Shown here in pieces: positions 1-9,562 of a stretch of DNA of 64,000 nucleotides (the first letter of the stretch is position 1; the number at the start of each line of letters is the position of its first letter). The DNA comes from Candidatus Krumholzibacteriia bacterium (lineage in GTDB: Bacteria > Krumholzibacteriota > Krumholzibacteriia > LZORAL124-64-63), in assembly GCA_046484865.1 (NCBI GenBank), contig JAWOID010000112.1, positions 1 through 64,000 of the forward strand, read 5' to 3'. The notes beneath the pieces are model-generated. The model was not told the DNA's origin. It made no database searches and saw only the letters and a list, made by a program, of their open reading frames with translations. Position numbers and translations under genes: made by a program.

Positions 1-477
1 GTTTGCTGGGTCAATTGGGGCGAGCATAGATTCAACGTTACTATCGTAAATTACATGTGCATATACAGGTCGGTTCCGATCTGTGTCTGTTGTGTCATAT
101 AAAATATCCATAAGGACGGAGGAGTCGGGTAAAGCGACCCTAACGACTCCGATGTGGAGACTCATAGGGGGAACAGATTCAGCCAGAGACAATCGAACTT
201 CAGCAAGCAAATTGGGGGTGTCGCTTAATATAATGCGAGTCTCCTGAGAAAAGTAGTCAGCAAGCTTAAAGAATCTTGTAGTAAAGAGTAGGCCAGTTCT
301 CGACAGGCCCGCCAGCCTGAGATAGGCCGGGGCCGAGTAGCGGCTGGATAGTGAGGTTGAGTGAATATTTCGTTCCTTGCCGAAGGTCCCATCCTGCTTG
401 AGCCGGGCAACCCCGAACTGGATGAAATGCCCCCGTGGATTCGGGGTCGGTCCCTTTGCCGCATTCCCGGCTCTCCG
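1..477 (-). CDS. Low-GC open frame running off the left edge; hypothetical protein, start uncertain (possibly partial)
   Basis: Manual translation of the minus-strand frame 477->1 has no stop (...RFFKLADYFSQETRIILSDTPNLLAEVRLSL...MDILYDTTDTDRNRPVYAHVIYDSNVESMLAPIDPAN). First ATG only at 165. Much more AT-rich than the rest of the window. Confidence 0.5.
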
Positions 478-528
478 TTACGTTGCCTGCCGGGGGACGT
501 GACCAGCGAAGCGACGGGTGGAGCGTGC

Positions 529-2415
529 ATGGAGGGACCCGACCGGACGCCGCGAGCGGAACGGCAGCACGAGTCGGCGGAACCTCGATCGGCCGAGGGT
601 CCCGGCGACGACCGCGCCCGCCGCATCCTCGCGACCATCACCGACGGCTACGTGCGCCTGGACCGCGACTGGATCATCCGCGAGGTCAACGCCGCAGCCG
701 CGCAGTTCGTCGAGCGCGAACGGCACGAACTCGTCGATCGCAGGTATCTGGACGTCTTTCCGGAGGCGCGCGGCACCGATTTCGAGCGTGAGTACCGCCG
801 CGCTCTCGACTCGCGCCGGCCGGTGCACTTCGAGGCAGCCTCGAGCCTGCCCACCGGCCGCTTCAGCGAGGTGCACGTCTATCCCGGCGATGACGGCGGC
901 CTCGAGATCTACTTCCGCGACATCACCGACCGCAAACGCGCCGAGCAGGAGCGCGATCGCTTCTTCGACATGTCTGCGGACCTGCTGGCGGTGGCATCGC
1001 TGTCGGACGGCCGCTGGAAGCGGATCAACCGTGCCTTCACGCGGGTCCTGGGCTGCAGGGAGACCGAGCTGCTCGAGAAACCCATTCTCGACGCCGTCCA
1101 CCCGGAGGATCGGCAGGGAACGGAGCAGGTGATCGCCGCGCTGTCCGCCGGGGAGAAGACGCGGTCCGTCGAGAACCGGCTCACCTGCAGCGACGGCGAC
1201 ACGCGCTGGATCGCCTGGGAAATCAGCCGCGATCCCGAGACGGGCCTGCTCTACTGCACCGGTCGCGATGTCACGGAGCGACGCGCCGCCGAGGAGGCGC
1301 TGCGCCAGAGCGAACAGCGTCTGCAGCTCGCCCTGCGGCTCACCGGCAGCACGGCCTTCGCCCAGGATCGGGACCTGCGTTACACCTGGGTCTACAGCGC
1401 GCGACGGCCTGCTTCGCTCGCGGAACTCGTCGGCCGCACCGACCACGAGTTGCTGCCGCCGGATCAGGCGGCTGCGGTGGTCGAGCCCAAGCAGCAGGTG
1501 ATCGCGACGGGAGAGCCGCTGAGGACTGAGGTCCGCGTGGTGCTGGGGGGAAAAGCGCGTTACTTCGATCTGGTGCTGGAACCCATGCGGGACCAGAGCG
1601 GGACGGTGTACGGACTGATGGGGGCGACGGTGGACATCACCGGCCACCGCAGGACGGAGCAGCGCCTGCGGGAACTGGCCGGCGAGCTGGAAGATCGGGT
1701 GCGGGAACGGACCGCCACCGCGGAGCAGCGGACAGCGCAGCTGCGGGTGATGGCGCTGCAGTTGACGCAGGCCGAGGAGCGCGAGCGGCAGCACCTGGCG
1801 CAGGTGCTCCACGACGGCCTGCAGCAGCTGCTGGTCGCCGGGCAACTGGAGTTGCAGCGGCTCGCCTTCAGTCCGCGGGATCGGCAAGGGCTGGCCGCGG
1901 ACACCGAGCGGCTGCGAACGATCTTGCAGGAGGCGATCGAGGAGTCGCGATCACTCGCGTACGAGTTGAGCCCACCCGTGCTGCGCAAGCACGGGCTGGC
2001 GCCGGCGCTGTCCTGGCTGGCCCGCGACGTCCAGCGCAAGCACGGTCTCGAGGTGAGCCTGGATGTCCCGGAGGAACTCGAACTGCCCGAGGAGCAGGCC
2101 GTCTTCCTCTTCCAGGCGGTCCGCGAACTGCTCTTCAACGCCAGCAAGCATGCGCGCGTGGGCCGGGTGCAACTGGTCGCGCGGCAGGAGCCGATGCGGC
2201 TGCTGCTGGATGTGCAGGACAACGGCGTCGGATTCGATCCGCGGCCGGTGGAGGCCGGTCCCGAGGCGGGCTTCGGTCTCTTTAGCGTCCGCGAGCGCGC
2301 CGAGGTTTTCGGTGGCGGTCTGGAGATCGAGTCGGCTCCCGGGCTCGGCAGCAGGTTCCGGCTCTGGCTGCCGCTGTCGCCGCCGGCGGCGACCCGGTCG
2401 GCCGACACCGACTGA
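529..2415 (+). CDS. Multi-PAS sensor histidine kinase (HisKA_3/NarX-DegS type)
   Basis: Three PAS/PAC-like repeats (RDITDRK, RDVTERR, DITGHR), H-box ERERQHLAQVLHDGLQQ, ELLFNASKHA, DNGVGFDP, GFGL, ESAPGLGS. Start chosen at ATG 529. Confidence 0.92.
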   Translation: MEGPDRTPRAERQHESAEPRSAEGPGDDRARRILATITDGYVRLDRDWIIREVNAAAAQFVERERHELVDRRYLDVFPEARGTDFEREYRRALDSRRPVHFEAASSLPTGRFSEVHVYPGDDGGLEIYFRDITDRKRAEQERDRFFDMSADLLAVASLSDGRWKRINRAFTRVLGCRETELLEKPILDAVHPEDRQGTEQVIAALSAGEKTRSVENRLTCSDGDTRWIAWEISRDPETGLLYCTGRDVTERRAAEEALRQSEQRLQLALRLTGSTAFAQDRDLRYTWVYSARRPASLAELVGRTDHELLPPDQAAAVVEPKQQVIATGEPLRTEVRVVLGGKARYFDLVLEPMRDQSGTVYGLMGATVDITGHRRTEQRLRELAGELEDRVRERTATAEQRTAQLRVMALQLTQAEERERQHLAQVLHDGLQQLLVAGQLELQRLAFSPRDRQGLAADTERLRTILQEAIEESRSLAYELSPPVLRKHGLAPALSWLARDVQRKHGLEVSLDVPEELELPEEQAVFLFQAVRELLFNASKHARVGRVQLVARQEPMRLLLDVQDNGVGFDPRPVEAGPEAGFGLFSVRERAEVFGGGLEIESAPGLGSRFRLWLPLSPPAATRSADTD

Positions 2416-2456
2416 TCTCGCCGAACTCACCCATCGGCGGCTGCAAGGCGAACTGG

Positions 2457-3113
2457 TCATCGTGATTCGCTTGACGGCTGGTCCGGGCTCTTGCCACCGA
2501 CCAGCACCTCCCGCAACTCCGCACCCTTCCGTTCGTCACACGCTCCGAACCACCGATGCAAGATCCAGCCCTCGCGGTCGACGAGAAGTGCGGCGATATC
2601 GTCCGTGTGCGCGGTGCCGACCTGGCCGCGGAACCAGTCCTTGTCCAGAAAGAGGGTGATCACGCGGTCGCGCTGCTGGCGATCGCGGATGCCGCGGCGC
2701 ATGCCTGCGTCGATCACCGGGCGCATGAACCGCATTCCGCCGCCGATCGTCGGCAGCTCGTAGTACGAGAACTCCGGCGGCGCGAGCTCGAGGTTCCCCA
2801 GCGCGACGAGCCAGGTGTCGACATCCGCCTGCTGGTCGCGTTCGTAGGCGATCACGAGCAGATTGCGCTCGCCGGCGAGGCCGTCGGGCAGGCGGATGGA
2901 GCGGCCGCGCAGCGTCTCGGCCGCGATCACGGGGAAGCGGCCGGGCTCGTCGTCGCGGCGGTCGAGGACCTCGGTGGCCAGGGCGGGCTCGGCGGGGAGG
3001 GTGGGGAGGGCGGCGAGCAGCGCCGCGACGAGGAACGCGGATCTCGGCCTGACCGTCCCGCATGCGACGCCGGCGGCATGGGGGTGGACACGGGAAGCGG
3101 CGGACCTGGACAC
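2457..3113 (-). CDS. Exported thioredoxin-like-fold protein (ATP10-like bacterial family)
   Basis: Signal-peptide-like hydrophobic stretch, then FPVIAAETLRGRSIRLP...NLLVIAYERDQQADVDTW...IDAGMRRGI...LLVDREG. No CxxC. Confidence 0.6.
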   Translation of the reverse strand: MSRSAASRVHPHAAGVACGTVRPRSAFLVAALLAALPTLPAEPALATEVLDRRDDEPGRFPVIAAETLRGRSIRLPDGLAGERNLLVIAYERDQQADVDTWLVALGNLELAPPEFSYYELPTIGGGMRFMRPVIDAGMRRGIRDRQQRDRVITLFLDKDWFRGQVGTAHTDDIAALLVDREGWILHRWFGACDERKGAELREVLVGGKSPDQPSSESR

Positions 3114-3161
3114 GACTCTCTCCCTCGACAGCGGGCAGGCGTGGATTCGTTGCGATCGGCG

Positions 3162-3812
3162 TCAGGGCAGCCTGACGTCCCGCAGGTAGTTCGTCTCGAT
3201 GTACTCGCGGGTGATGGCGTCGGCGATGGACTCGATGTCGCCGAAACGTTCCCACCCCACGCGGATCACCGGGATGATGCGGCTGATCTCGGTCACGAAG
3301 GCGCCGTATTCGTGGTGCAGGCGCTGCAGGTACTCCAGGCTGATGCCCTGCTCGCACCCGCGGCCGCGGCTCTGGATGCGCTCGAGCGTGGTCTCGGGCG
3401 AGGCGTCCAGGTAGACGATGACGTTCGGCCGGCACATGAAGTTCGCGAGATTGCGGAAGAGGTCGACGTAGGTCTCGTAGTCGCGCGGAAGCATCAGTCC
3501 CATGTCCATCAGGACCTTGGCGAAGATGCTGTCCTCGTAGATGGTGCGGTCCTGGACGGCGCCGCGGCCGCGCCAGATGATCTCCTGGTGCTGCTGGAAG
3601 CGCCGGTTCAGCAGGTAGACCTGCATGGCGAAGGAGTGGCGCAGCGTGTCGGCGTAGAAGTCCTCGAGGTAGACGTTGTCGTCCACCGGCTCGCAGTAGA
3701 CGTCGAGACCGAGATGCTCCCCCAGCTTGCGGGCCAGGGTGCTCTTGCCGACCCCGATGAGGCCGGCGATGCCGATGAACGCACGGTGCAGCGGTGAGCG
3801 CATGTCTGCCAT
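3162..3812 (-). CDS. Deoxynucleoside kinase
   Basis: P-loop GLIGVGKST, EPV, FAMQVYLL, QDRTIYED, lid RIQSRGRGCE. GGGAG upstream of ATG 3812. Confidence 0.92.
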   Translation of the reverse strand: MADMRSPLHRAFIGIAGLIGVGKSTLARKLGEHLGLDVYCEPVDDNVYLEDFYADTLRHSFAMQVYLLNRRFQQHQEIIWRGRGAVQDRTIYEDSIFAKVLMDMGLMLPRDYETYVDLFRNLANFMCRPNVIVYLDASPETTLERIQSRGRGCEQGISLEYLQRLHHEYGAFVTEISRIIPVIRVGWERFGDIESIADAITREYIETNYLRDVRLP

Positions 3813-3933
3813 GAACGGATCTCCCGCCGTCGGTGCGGTGGTCGCGGCGCCGTCATCGAGCACGAGCATACCACCAGGCCATGGGCCCTGGCGACGCATA
3901 CTCTGGACCGGCACCGACTGACCGTGCCGGCAC

Positions 3934-5229
3934 TCACCCATCGACGGCCCATCCGCGACCCGCCGCGCGGGCCGCCGTTCCCGGCCCTTGCGTCTCGACT
4001 GCCTCCTGCTCGAGCGGAACCGTCCGCAGGAAACTGCCGTAGGCCTTCAACTCCTCGAGCCGGCATGACCATACGAGCTGTCCCTCGTGGACCGTGATGT
4101 CCGGGCAGCCGTCGCACATGCTCTGGTCGCCCCTGGCGGTGAAGTCCACCGGCTGGATGAACATGATCGACTGCAGGTGGACCGGACGGAACGCCCGCAA
4201 CGGCCGTCGGACCACCCAGCGTAGCCAGCGGCCGGCGCTGCGCTCGAGACCCGGATCGAGCGGCGCCAGGAGCGCCATCGCGAGGCGACCGTGCCGGCAG
4301 GTGGCCGGCGAGGCGTAGGAGAGGTACTTGCCGGTCCTCCAGTGGTAGAAGCCGGTGGCCAGTTCGGCGAAGCGCGGTCCGGCATAGCCGAAGATCCGGT
4401 CGGCGTTGCCGATGCGCTCCGTGACCAGCCACTTCAGCGCCTCCGGCTGGTGGGTGCCGTTGAGGTAGGCCATGGGAGTGAACGCAGGGTCCACCTCACG
4501 CATGCGGCGCACCAGATCCTGCGAGCCGATCGTCACCTTCCGCTTCTGGTCGGAGTGATACCAGATCTCGTCCCAGGGCACCCGCCGGCCGCCGGCCCAC
4601 CACTCGAACGGCATGTCCGGCACCACGTGGCGGAAGCAGATGAACACCATCGTGTGGACGATGTCCATGTGCTGCTGGGCCCAGTCCAGCAGTTGCGGCA
4701 CGTGCTCGATATTCTCCGCGTAAACCGTGGAGTTGAAGGAGCAGGCGATCCCGCCCTCCCTCGCCAGCATCAGCGCGTACTTCAGCCGGAGGTCGCACAG
4801 CTCCAGCTCGCTCTTGCCGTCCCACGGGGCGCCGCGCCGCTGACCGCTGTCCACGTGGAAGGTGAAGCCGAAGACGCCGGCGCGCTTGAGATCGTGCAGC
4901 AGTCCGGGTGTGAGAGCCTTCCCGTTGGTGTTGACGATGGCCTTGAAGCCCCGCTCCCTGATCTCGCGCACCAGGGGCACGATGTCCGGATAGACCAGCG
5001 GGTCGCCGCCCGCGACGGAGATGCAGTCGCTGCGCCGGAGACGCTGGAACACGTCCAGCTCGCGCTTCACCTCCTCGAGGCTCTTGTGGTTGCCGCTCTC
5101 GTTCTTCCGGTAGCAGCCGTCGCAGACCAGATTGCACTCCGAGGTCGGTTCGAGCCAGCTGATGCCGTTGTCGGGCAGCGTCCAGGGCAAGCGGTAGAGC
5201 GAGCTGTGGTCGATCACCGGTGCAGCCAT
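3934..5229 (-). CDS. Radical SAM protein of unknown function
   Basis: CNLVCDGC (CxxxCxxC), GGDPL, NTNG, C-terminal CDGC...C. RBS AGGAGG. Confidence 0.9.
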   Translation of the reverse strand: MAAPVIDHSSLYRLPWTLPDNGISWLEPTSECNLVCDGCYRKNESGNHKSLEEVKRELDVFQRLRRSDCISVAGGDPLVYPDIVPLVREIRERGFKAIVNTNGKALTPGLLHDLKRAGVFGFTFHVDSGQRRGAPWDGKSELELCDLRLKYALMLAREGGIACSFNSTVYAENIEHVPQLLDWAQQHMDIVHTMVFICFRHVVPDMPFEWWAGGRRVPWDEIWYHSDQKRKVTIGSQDLVRRMREVDPAFTPMAYLNGTHQPEALKWLVTERIGNADRIFGYAGPRFAELATGFYHWRTGKYLSYASPATCRHGRLAMALLAPLDPGLERSAGRWLRWVVRRPLRAFRPVHLQSIMFIQPVDFTARGDQSMCDGCPDITVHEGQLVWSCRLEELKAYGSFLRTVPLEQEAVETQGPGTAARAAGRGWAVDG

Positions 5230-5394
5230 CGGATCCCTCCTGCGCGTCGAGCGGCCGGGTACCCAAGGCGAGACGATAACGACTCCTCAGTCAGGGTCGT
5301 GCCGGTGGCGATCGGCCGCAAGGAGCCGAGCCGGCCGTCGATCGGCGGGTGGGATCGCGGCCGAGGTGCCGCCGGATGGCTCCCGTGACCCGGG

Positions 5395-6861
5395 TCAGGC
5401 AGAGCGCCCGATGACGGCGGCGAACCGGCCGGCGCGTCCTGCCTCGGCCCGGTGGCTGGGGAAGAGATCGGGGTGGCAGATGGTGCAGATGCCGGCGACG
5501 TGGATGTTCTGCGGCCGCACGCCGGCCGCCGCGAGCTGGTCGCGATTGGCCAGCCAGAGGTCGAGGTGGAGCCGCCCCGAGCCCGAGCGCTGGAGCCACG
5601 CGTCCGCTGCGTCGCCGTGCGAGGCACGCAGGGCGTGGCGCACGTCCTCGCCCACCTCGTAGCAGCAGGGACCCGCCGACGGCGCGATGGCACAGACCAG
5701 ACCCGCCGGATCGGCGCCGGCCGCCGCCAGTTCCCGCACCAGCGCAGGCGCGATGCCGGCGCCGGTGGACCGCCACGACGCGTGCGCCACGGCGACCGGC
5801 GCGGCGCGGCCGGTCGCCGGAAGGGGGGCGCCGCTCGTCTCCTCCGGCAGGGCGGCGACCAGGATCAGCGGGCAGTCGGCGCTGCGCGCGAGCACGCCGA
5901 GATCCGTCTGCGCGGTCCAGACCGCATCGCCGTCTCCCGCCAGTCCCGCCGTGTCCGCCTCGATCACGCGCCCACCGTGCACCTGGTGAGCCCAGGCGGC
6001 GCCGGTGAGCCCCAGGACGGAAGCCGTGTCCGCGGCCGCCGCACGCATCGTCGCGCCGGACGCCTCGCGCCCGAATTCGGGTTCGCCGCGCGTGGTGACC
6101 ACGTGCACCAGCCCCGGCACGGCGTCCAGCGCGGGGAAGCGGCCGCTCAGGCGCCCCGAGGCGTCCCGCGCCAGCACGAAGGCGGGCGTGGAGGCGAGGA
6201 GCGCCACGGTCGTCGGCGACGGCACGGGGGCTCCGGCCGGCCACCAGAGCTCCGCGAGCTGCAGCAGGGCGCCGGCCAGCCGCCGCACCAGCCTGTCCAG
6301 CGGGTCGGCCCCGGCGACTCCGTCACTGGATTGCGCGGCGTTCAGCCGCTCGAGGAACGCCTCCCAGTGCCGCTGTGGGGCACCTCCGCGCGAGGCGTGA
6401 CCCAGGACCAGGTCCAGGTCGTGATAGCGGGCCGCCTGCGCGTAGCCGGACAGACACTCGAGCAGGCCGATCGCCGGGACGCTCGCCAGGAGCCGACCGG
6501 CCGCCACGGCTTGCGGTCGCGGGTCGTCGCCGGCCGCGGCTGTCAGCCGCTGCGCGAGGCCGACCAGGGCGTGTCCGCGATGGCCAGACGGGAAGATGCC
6601 GCGCCCGGGGAAGCGTCCGGTGCGTCGCTGCTCCGCCAGGCAGACCACCGCCTTGAGCAGCCGCTCGCAACCGGCGGCCAGACACGTGAGCACGGGATGG
6701 GTCGTGGGCGCGGCATGCCGGCGCTCCCGCAGCCCGGCCGCCAGAAGGTCGCCGCCGCCCTGCAACTCGCGGGCGAGGGCGACCAGCGCCGGGCCGAGCC
6801 CGGCGTCGTCGCGGTCGCCGGATGCGGAGGCGCTCGCGCCGGGATCGCGGTCCGGGCTCAC
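5395..6861 (-). CDS. Fusion: N-terminal HEPN-like helical domain + C-terminal YfiH/PgeF (LACC1-like) purine nucleoside enzyme
   Basis: C-terminal HQVHG, SADCPLI, AHASWR, PSAGPCCYEVG, CTIC..FPSHR are YfiH motifs. N-terminal GCERLLKA...GHAL...ARYHDLD. Start uncertain (GTG 6861). Confidence 0.75.
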   Translation of the reverse strand: MSPDRDPGASASASGDRDDAGLGPALVALARELQGGGDLLAAGLRERRHAAPTTHPVLTCLAAGCERLLKAVVCLAEQRRTGRFPGRGIFPSGHRGHALVGLAQRLTAAAGDDPRPQAVAAGRLLASVPAIGLLECLSGYAQAARYHDLDLVLGHASRGGAPQRHWEAFLERLNAAQSSDGVAGADPLDRLVRRLAGALLQLAELWWPAGAPVPSPTTVALLASTPAFVLARDASGRLSGRFPALDAVPGLVHVVTTRGEPEFGREASGATMRAAAADTASVLGLTGAAWAHQVHGGRVIEADTAGLAGDGDAVWTAQTDLGVLARSADCPLILVAALPEETSGAPLPATGRAAPVAVAHASWRSTGAGIAPALVRELAAAGADPAGLVCAIAPSAGPCCYEVGEDVRHALRASHGDAADAWLQRSGSGRLHLDLWLANRDQLAAAGVRPQNIHVAGICTICHPDLFPSHRAEAGRAGRFAAVIGRSA

Positions 6862-7098
6862 GCGGGCCCGTCCGTGCCGCCGTCGCCACGCTTCGTCGCG
6901 GCTGGATGCCCGTCCACGGGGGCCCTCCTCGGGAATCTCGTGCTCGTGCCGCCCGTGGGCGACGTACGCTTCGCCGGTACCACGGAAGATACAGGGAGCG
7001 CTCCCGCCGGGCGACCCCGGCGGCCGCCCGGCGGCCACCCGGCGGCCGCCCGGCGGCAGACGCTGGACGGCGGCGGCGCCGTCGGCTAACCTGCCGCC

Positions 7099-7656
7099 AT
7101 GAAGATCGCCTTCCTGGGGACCCACGGCGTGGGCAAGACGACTCTCTGCTACGAGCTGGCGGCGGCCCTCAAGCGTCGTGACGTGTCCGTGGACATCGTC
7201 AAGGAGGTGGCTCGCTCCTGCCCGCTGCCCATCAACCGCCAGACCACCGAGCTGGCCCAGCGCTGGATCCTCCACGCGCAGATCGCCCGGGAGATCGAGC
7301 TCGCTCAGCGCTACCGCGCGATCGTCTGCGATCGAGCCGTACTGGACAACTACGCCTATCTCGTGCATGCAGCGGGCCGGCAGGACGACCTGGAACCGCT
7401 CGTGCGCCGCTGGATGGACACCTATACCCTCCTGGTGAAGGTGCCGGTGATCGCGGCCCCGACCTTCGACGGCACCCGGGACACCTCGCAGGTCTTCCAG
7501 GGCGCCATCGACGCGCTCATCGATCGCCTGCTCGCGGACCTAGGCCTGACGCCCCTGCGGCTGCCGGCGGATGACCGCACGGTCTGGATCCATCGCGTCG
7601 TGGAGCGTCTCGCCTTGCCCCCCCGGGCGCCACAGCTCCCGCTGTTCGGGAGCTGA
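7099..7656 (+). CDS. AAA_28 (NadR-kinase-like) P-loop NTPase
   Basis: MKIAFLGTHGVGKTTL, EVAR, CDRAVLDNYAY, DGTRD. Confidence 0.85.
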   Translation: MKIAFLGTHGVGKTTLCYELAAALKRRDVSVDIVKEVARSCPLPINRQTTELAQRWILHAQIAREIELAQRYRAIVCDRAVLDNYAYLVHAAGRQDDLEPLVRRWMDTYTLLVKVPVIAAPTFDGTRDTSQVFQGAIDALIDRLLADLGLTPLRLPADDRTVWIHRVVERLALPPRAPQLPLFGS

Positions 7657-7789
7657 TCACGGGGCGCCGCCCCCTGGGGGAATCCCGCCCTGGCCGGACC
7701 CGGCACCTGTTGCCTAGATTGTGGCCCGGCCGGGACCCTGCCGGAGCATCGGTCCGCCGGACGTGACCGCTGCCTGGAACCTCGGGGCG

Positions 7790-7805
7790 CGGCATGCGTA
7801 TTGCA
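7790..7805 (+). promoter_or_regulatory. Putative sigma54 (-24/-12) promoter
   Basis: CGGCATGCGTATTGCA fits GG-N10-GC and is close to TGGCAC-N5-TTGCW; about 80 bp upstream of the EEP gene. Confidence 0.5.
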
Positions 7806-7887
7806 AGTCTGCAAGTCGTCGCTCACCGGAGCGAGCTCGACCGGACCGGGCGCCGACGCGCCGTGACAGGAGCAGGAGACCTCAAGC

Positions 7888-8751
7888 ATGGATCGCAGCC
7901 ACCTGCGGGTGATGACCTTCAATCTGCTCACCTCGACCAAGAAGCGACGCACCAACCCCTGGCGCCTGCGCCGGCGCATGATCGCGCGCATCTTCCGGGA
8001 GCACCGGCCGGACATCGTGGGCACCCAGGAAGCGAACTACCAGCAGCTCATGGAACTGGCGGAACTCCTGCCCGACTACGAGTTCCTGGGAGAGGGCAAT
8101 CTGGGTCCCGGACTCGCGGAGAGCCGGCGCAGCTGGTGGTGCGCCATCTTCTACCGTCGTGAGGTGCTGCAGCCGATCGACAGCGAGAACGAGACGTTCT
8201 GGCTGTCGCCCACCCCGCGGGTTCCGGCGTCCCAGTTCCATCTGGGAACCCGGCCGCGGCTGGTGACGTGGAACACGTTCGAACACGTGGCCACCGGCCG
8301 GTCGCTGGTGTTCGGCACGACCCATCTGGAGGCGGCGATCGGACGTCACCGCGTGCGCAGCGTCGATCTGCTGCGGGAGCACGTCGACCGCAAGGTCGAC
8401 GAGCTCGGCGAGGACCTGCCCGTGTTCCTCACGGGCGATTTCAACGCCGTGGCCACCTCGCCGGAGATCCGTGCCATGCGCACGGCACGCCGCGGCCAAC
8501 CGGGTCTGCGAGACGTCTGGGAGCACGCTCTCGACGTCGGGCCTTACGCGGGTGCCACCTTTCGCGGCATGGGGCTGCGCGACCGGATCGGGAACGTGCT
8601 GCTGGGCCCGCGCCGGATCGACTACGTGTTCTACCGACCGCGCCTGCAGGTGCGGAGCGTGCGCCGACTCGGTTTCGGCCCGTTGCCTCACGCGGCGGCG
8701 GCGCCGTCGGACCACTATCCGGTCCTCGCAGAGTTCCAGCTCAGCCCCTAG
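7888..8751 (+). CDS. Endonuclease/exonuclease/phosphatase (EEP) family protein
   Basis: VMTFNL, DIVGTQE, THL, TGDFN, RIDYVF, SDHYPV. Confidence 0.92.
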   Translation: MDRSHLRVMTFNLLTSTKKRRTNPWRLRRRMIARIFREHRPDIVGTQEANYQQLMELAELLPDYEFLGEGNLGPGLAESRRSWWCAIFYRREVLQPIDSENETFWLSPTPRVPASQFHLGTRPRLVTWNTFEHVATGRSLVFGTTHLEAAIGRHRVRSVDLLREHVDRKVDELGEDLPVFLTGDFNAVATSPEIRAMRTARRGQPGLRDVWEHALDVGPYAGATFRGMGLRDRIGNVLLGPRRIDYVFYRPRLQVRSVRRLGFGPLPHAAAAPSDHYPVLAEFQLSP

Positions 8752-9000
8752 CCCAGGCCGCGCCTGCGAGCTCGTGCCGTCTGGGCGGTCGCACCGGCGC
8801 GAATCATGCTGGTCCAGGCAGCCGGGGGTCCGTTCGTTGCACCACGCACCCTGCATCGCGGAAGACGCATCGGGTTCGGGCGCGACCCGCGCTCCCGCCG
8901 GCGCCCCCCTTGCATCCTGGCGGGGGTCCAGTACAATGAACCCAGAGCGGCCCCAGCGCCCTCGGGGTCGCCCGACGGTGACCGTCAAGGAGGTCGGTGC

Positions 9001-9396
9001 ATGGAAATGACCCGTTCTGGACGACTCGTACCTCCCGCGAATGATCGAGCCCCCTCCGGTCTGTCCGACCTGCTCCCGTCCGAGATCCTGGCCCTGCCCA
9101 AGGTGGAGGTGCCCGTATCCGGCGCCACCGGGTTCTCTCTGGCCGACGACGAGAAGCAGGTGGTGTTCTTCGTGTTCGACGAGGGAGTCTCGTTTCCCGA
9201 CCACGCGCACTGCGAACAGCGCGGCGTCGTCGTATCCGGCGAGATGGTGCTGGAGATCGAAGGCGCGACGAACCTGTACCAGGCTGGGGACCGCTACGTG
9301 GTGCCGGAGAACGTCCATCACCGCACCACGTTCACCCAGCAGACGGTGCTCATCGACATGTCCGATGCGACGGACCGATTTCCCGTGAGGAGATAG
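9001..9396 (+). CDS. Cupin domain protein
   Basis: PDHAHCEQRGVVVSGEM...GDRYVVPENVHH. RBS AAGGAGG. TTGCAT-16-TACAAT at 8910-8937. Confidence 0.85.
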   Translation: MEMTRSGRLVPPANDRAPSGLSDLLPSEILALPKVEVPVSGATGFSLADDEKQVVFFVFDEGVSFPDHAHCEQRGVVVSGEMVLEIEGATNLYQAGDRYVVPENVHHRTTFTQQTVLIDMSDATDRFPVRR

Positions 9397-9455
9397 CGGT
9401 CGCGACGCCGGCCGCCGGGGCAGTCGGTGGCAGTGAATTCCGGTCGTGGAGCATG

Positions 9456-9482
9456 CGAGGCCGACCCCTTGGGTCGGCCTCG
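9456..9482. terminator. Perfect 12-bp hairpin between convergent genes (bidirectional terminator or REP-like)
   Basis: CGAGGCCGACCC-CTT-GGGTCGGCCTCG; no U-tract. Confidence 0.45.
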
Positions 9483-9562
9483 TTCCGTGGCGGCGTCACG
9501 AAGGCATTCGCGGCACCTTTTGAAGCACCATTGGAGACCAGCACGAGGATGCGCTCGCCCCG

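Noticed and set aside
121..244. Inverted repeats GGAGTCG/CGACTCC and GGAGACTC/GAGTCTCC as a retron-like or other ncRNA
   Set aside because: The stems are short, lie inside an open protein-like frame, and no reverse transcriptase is visible.
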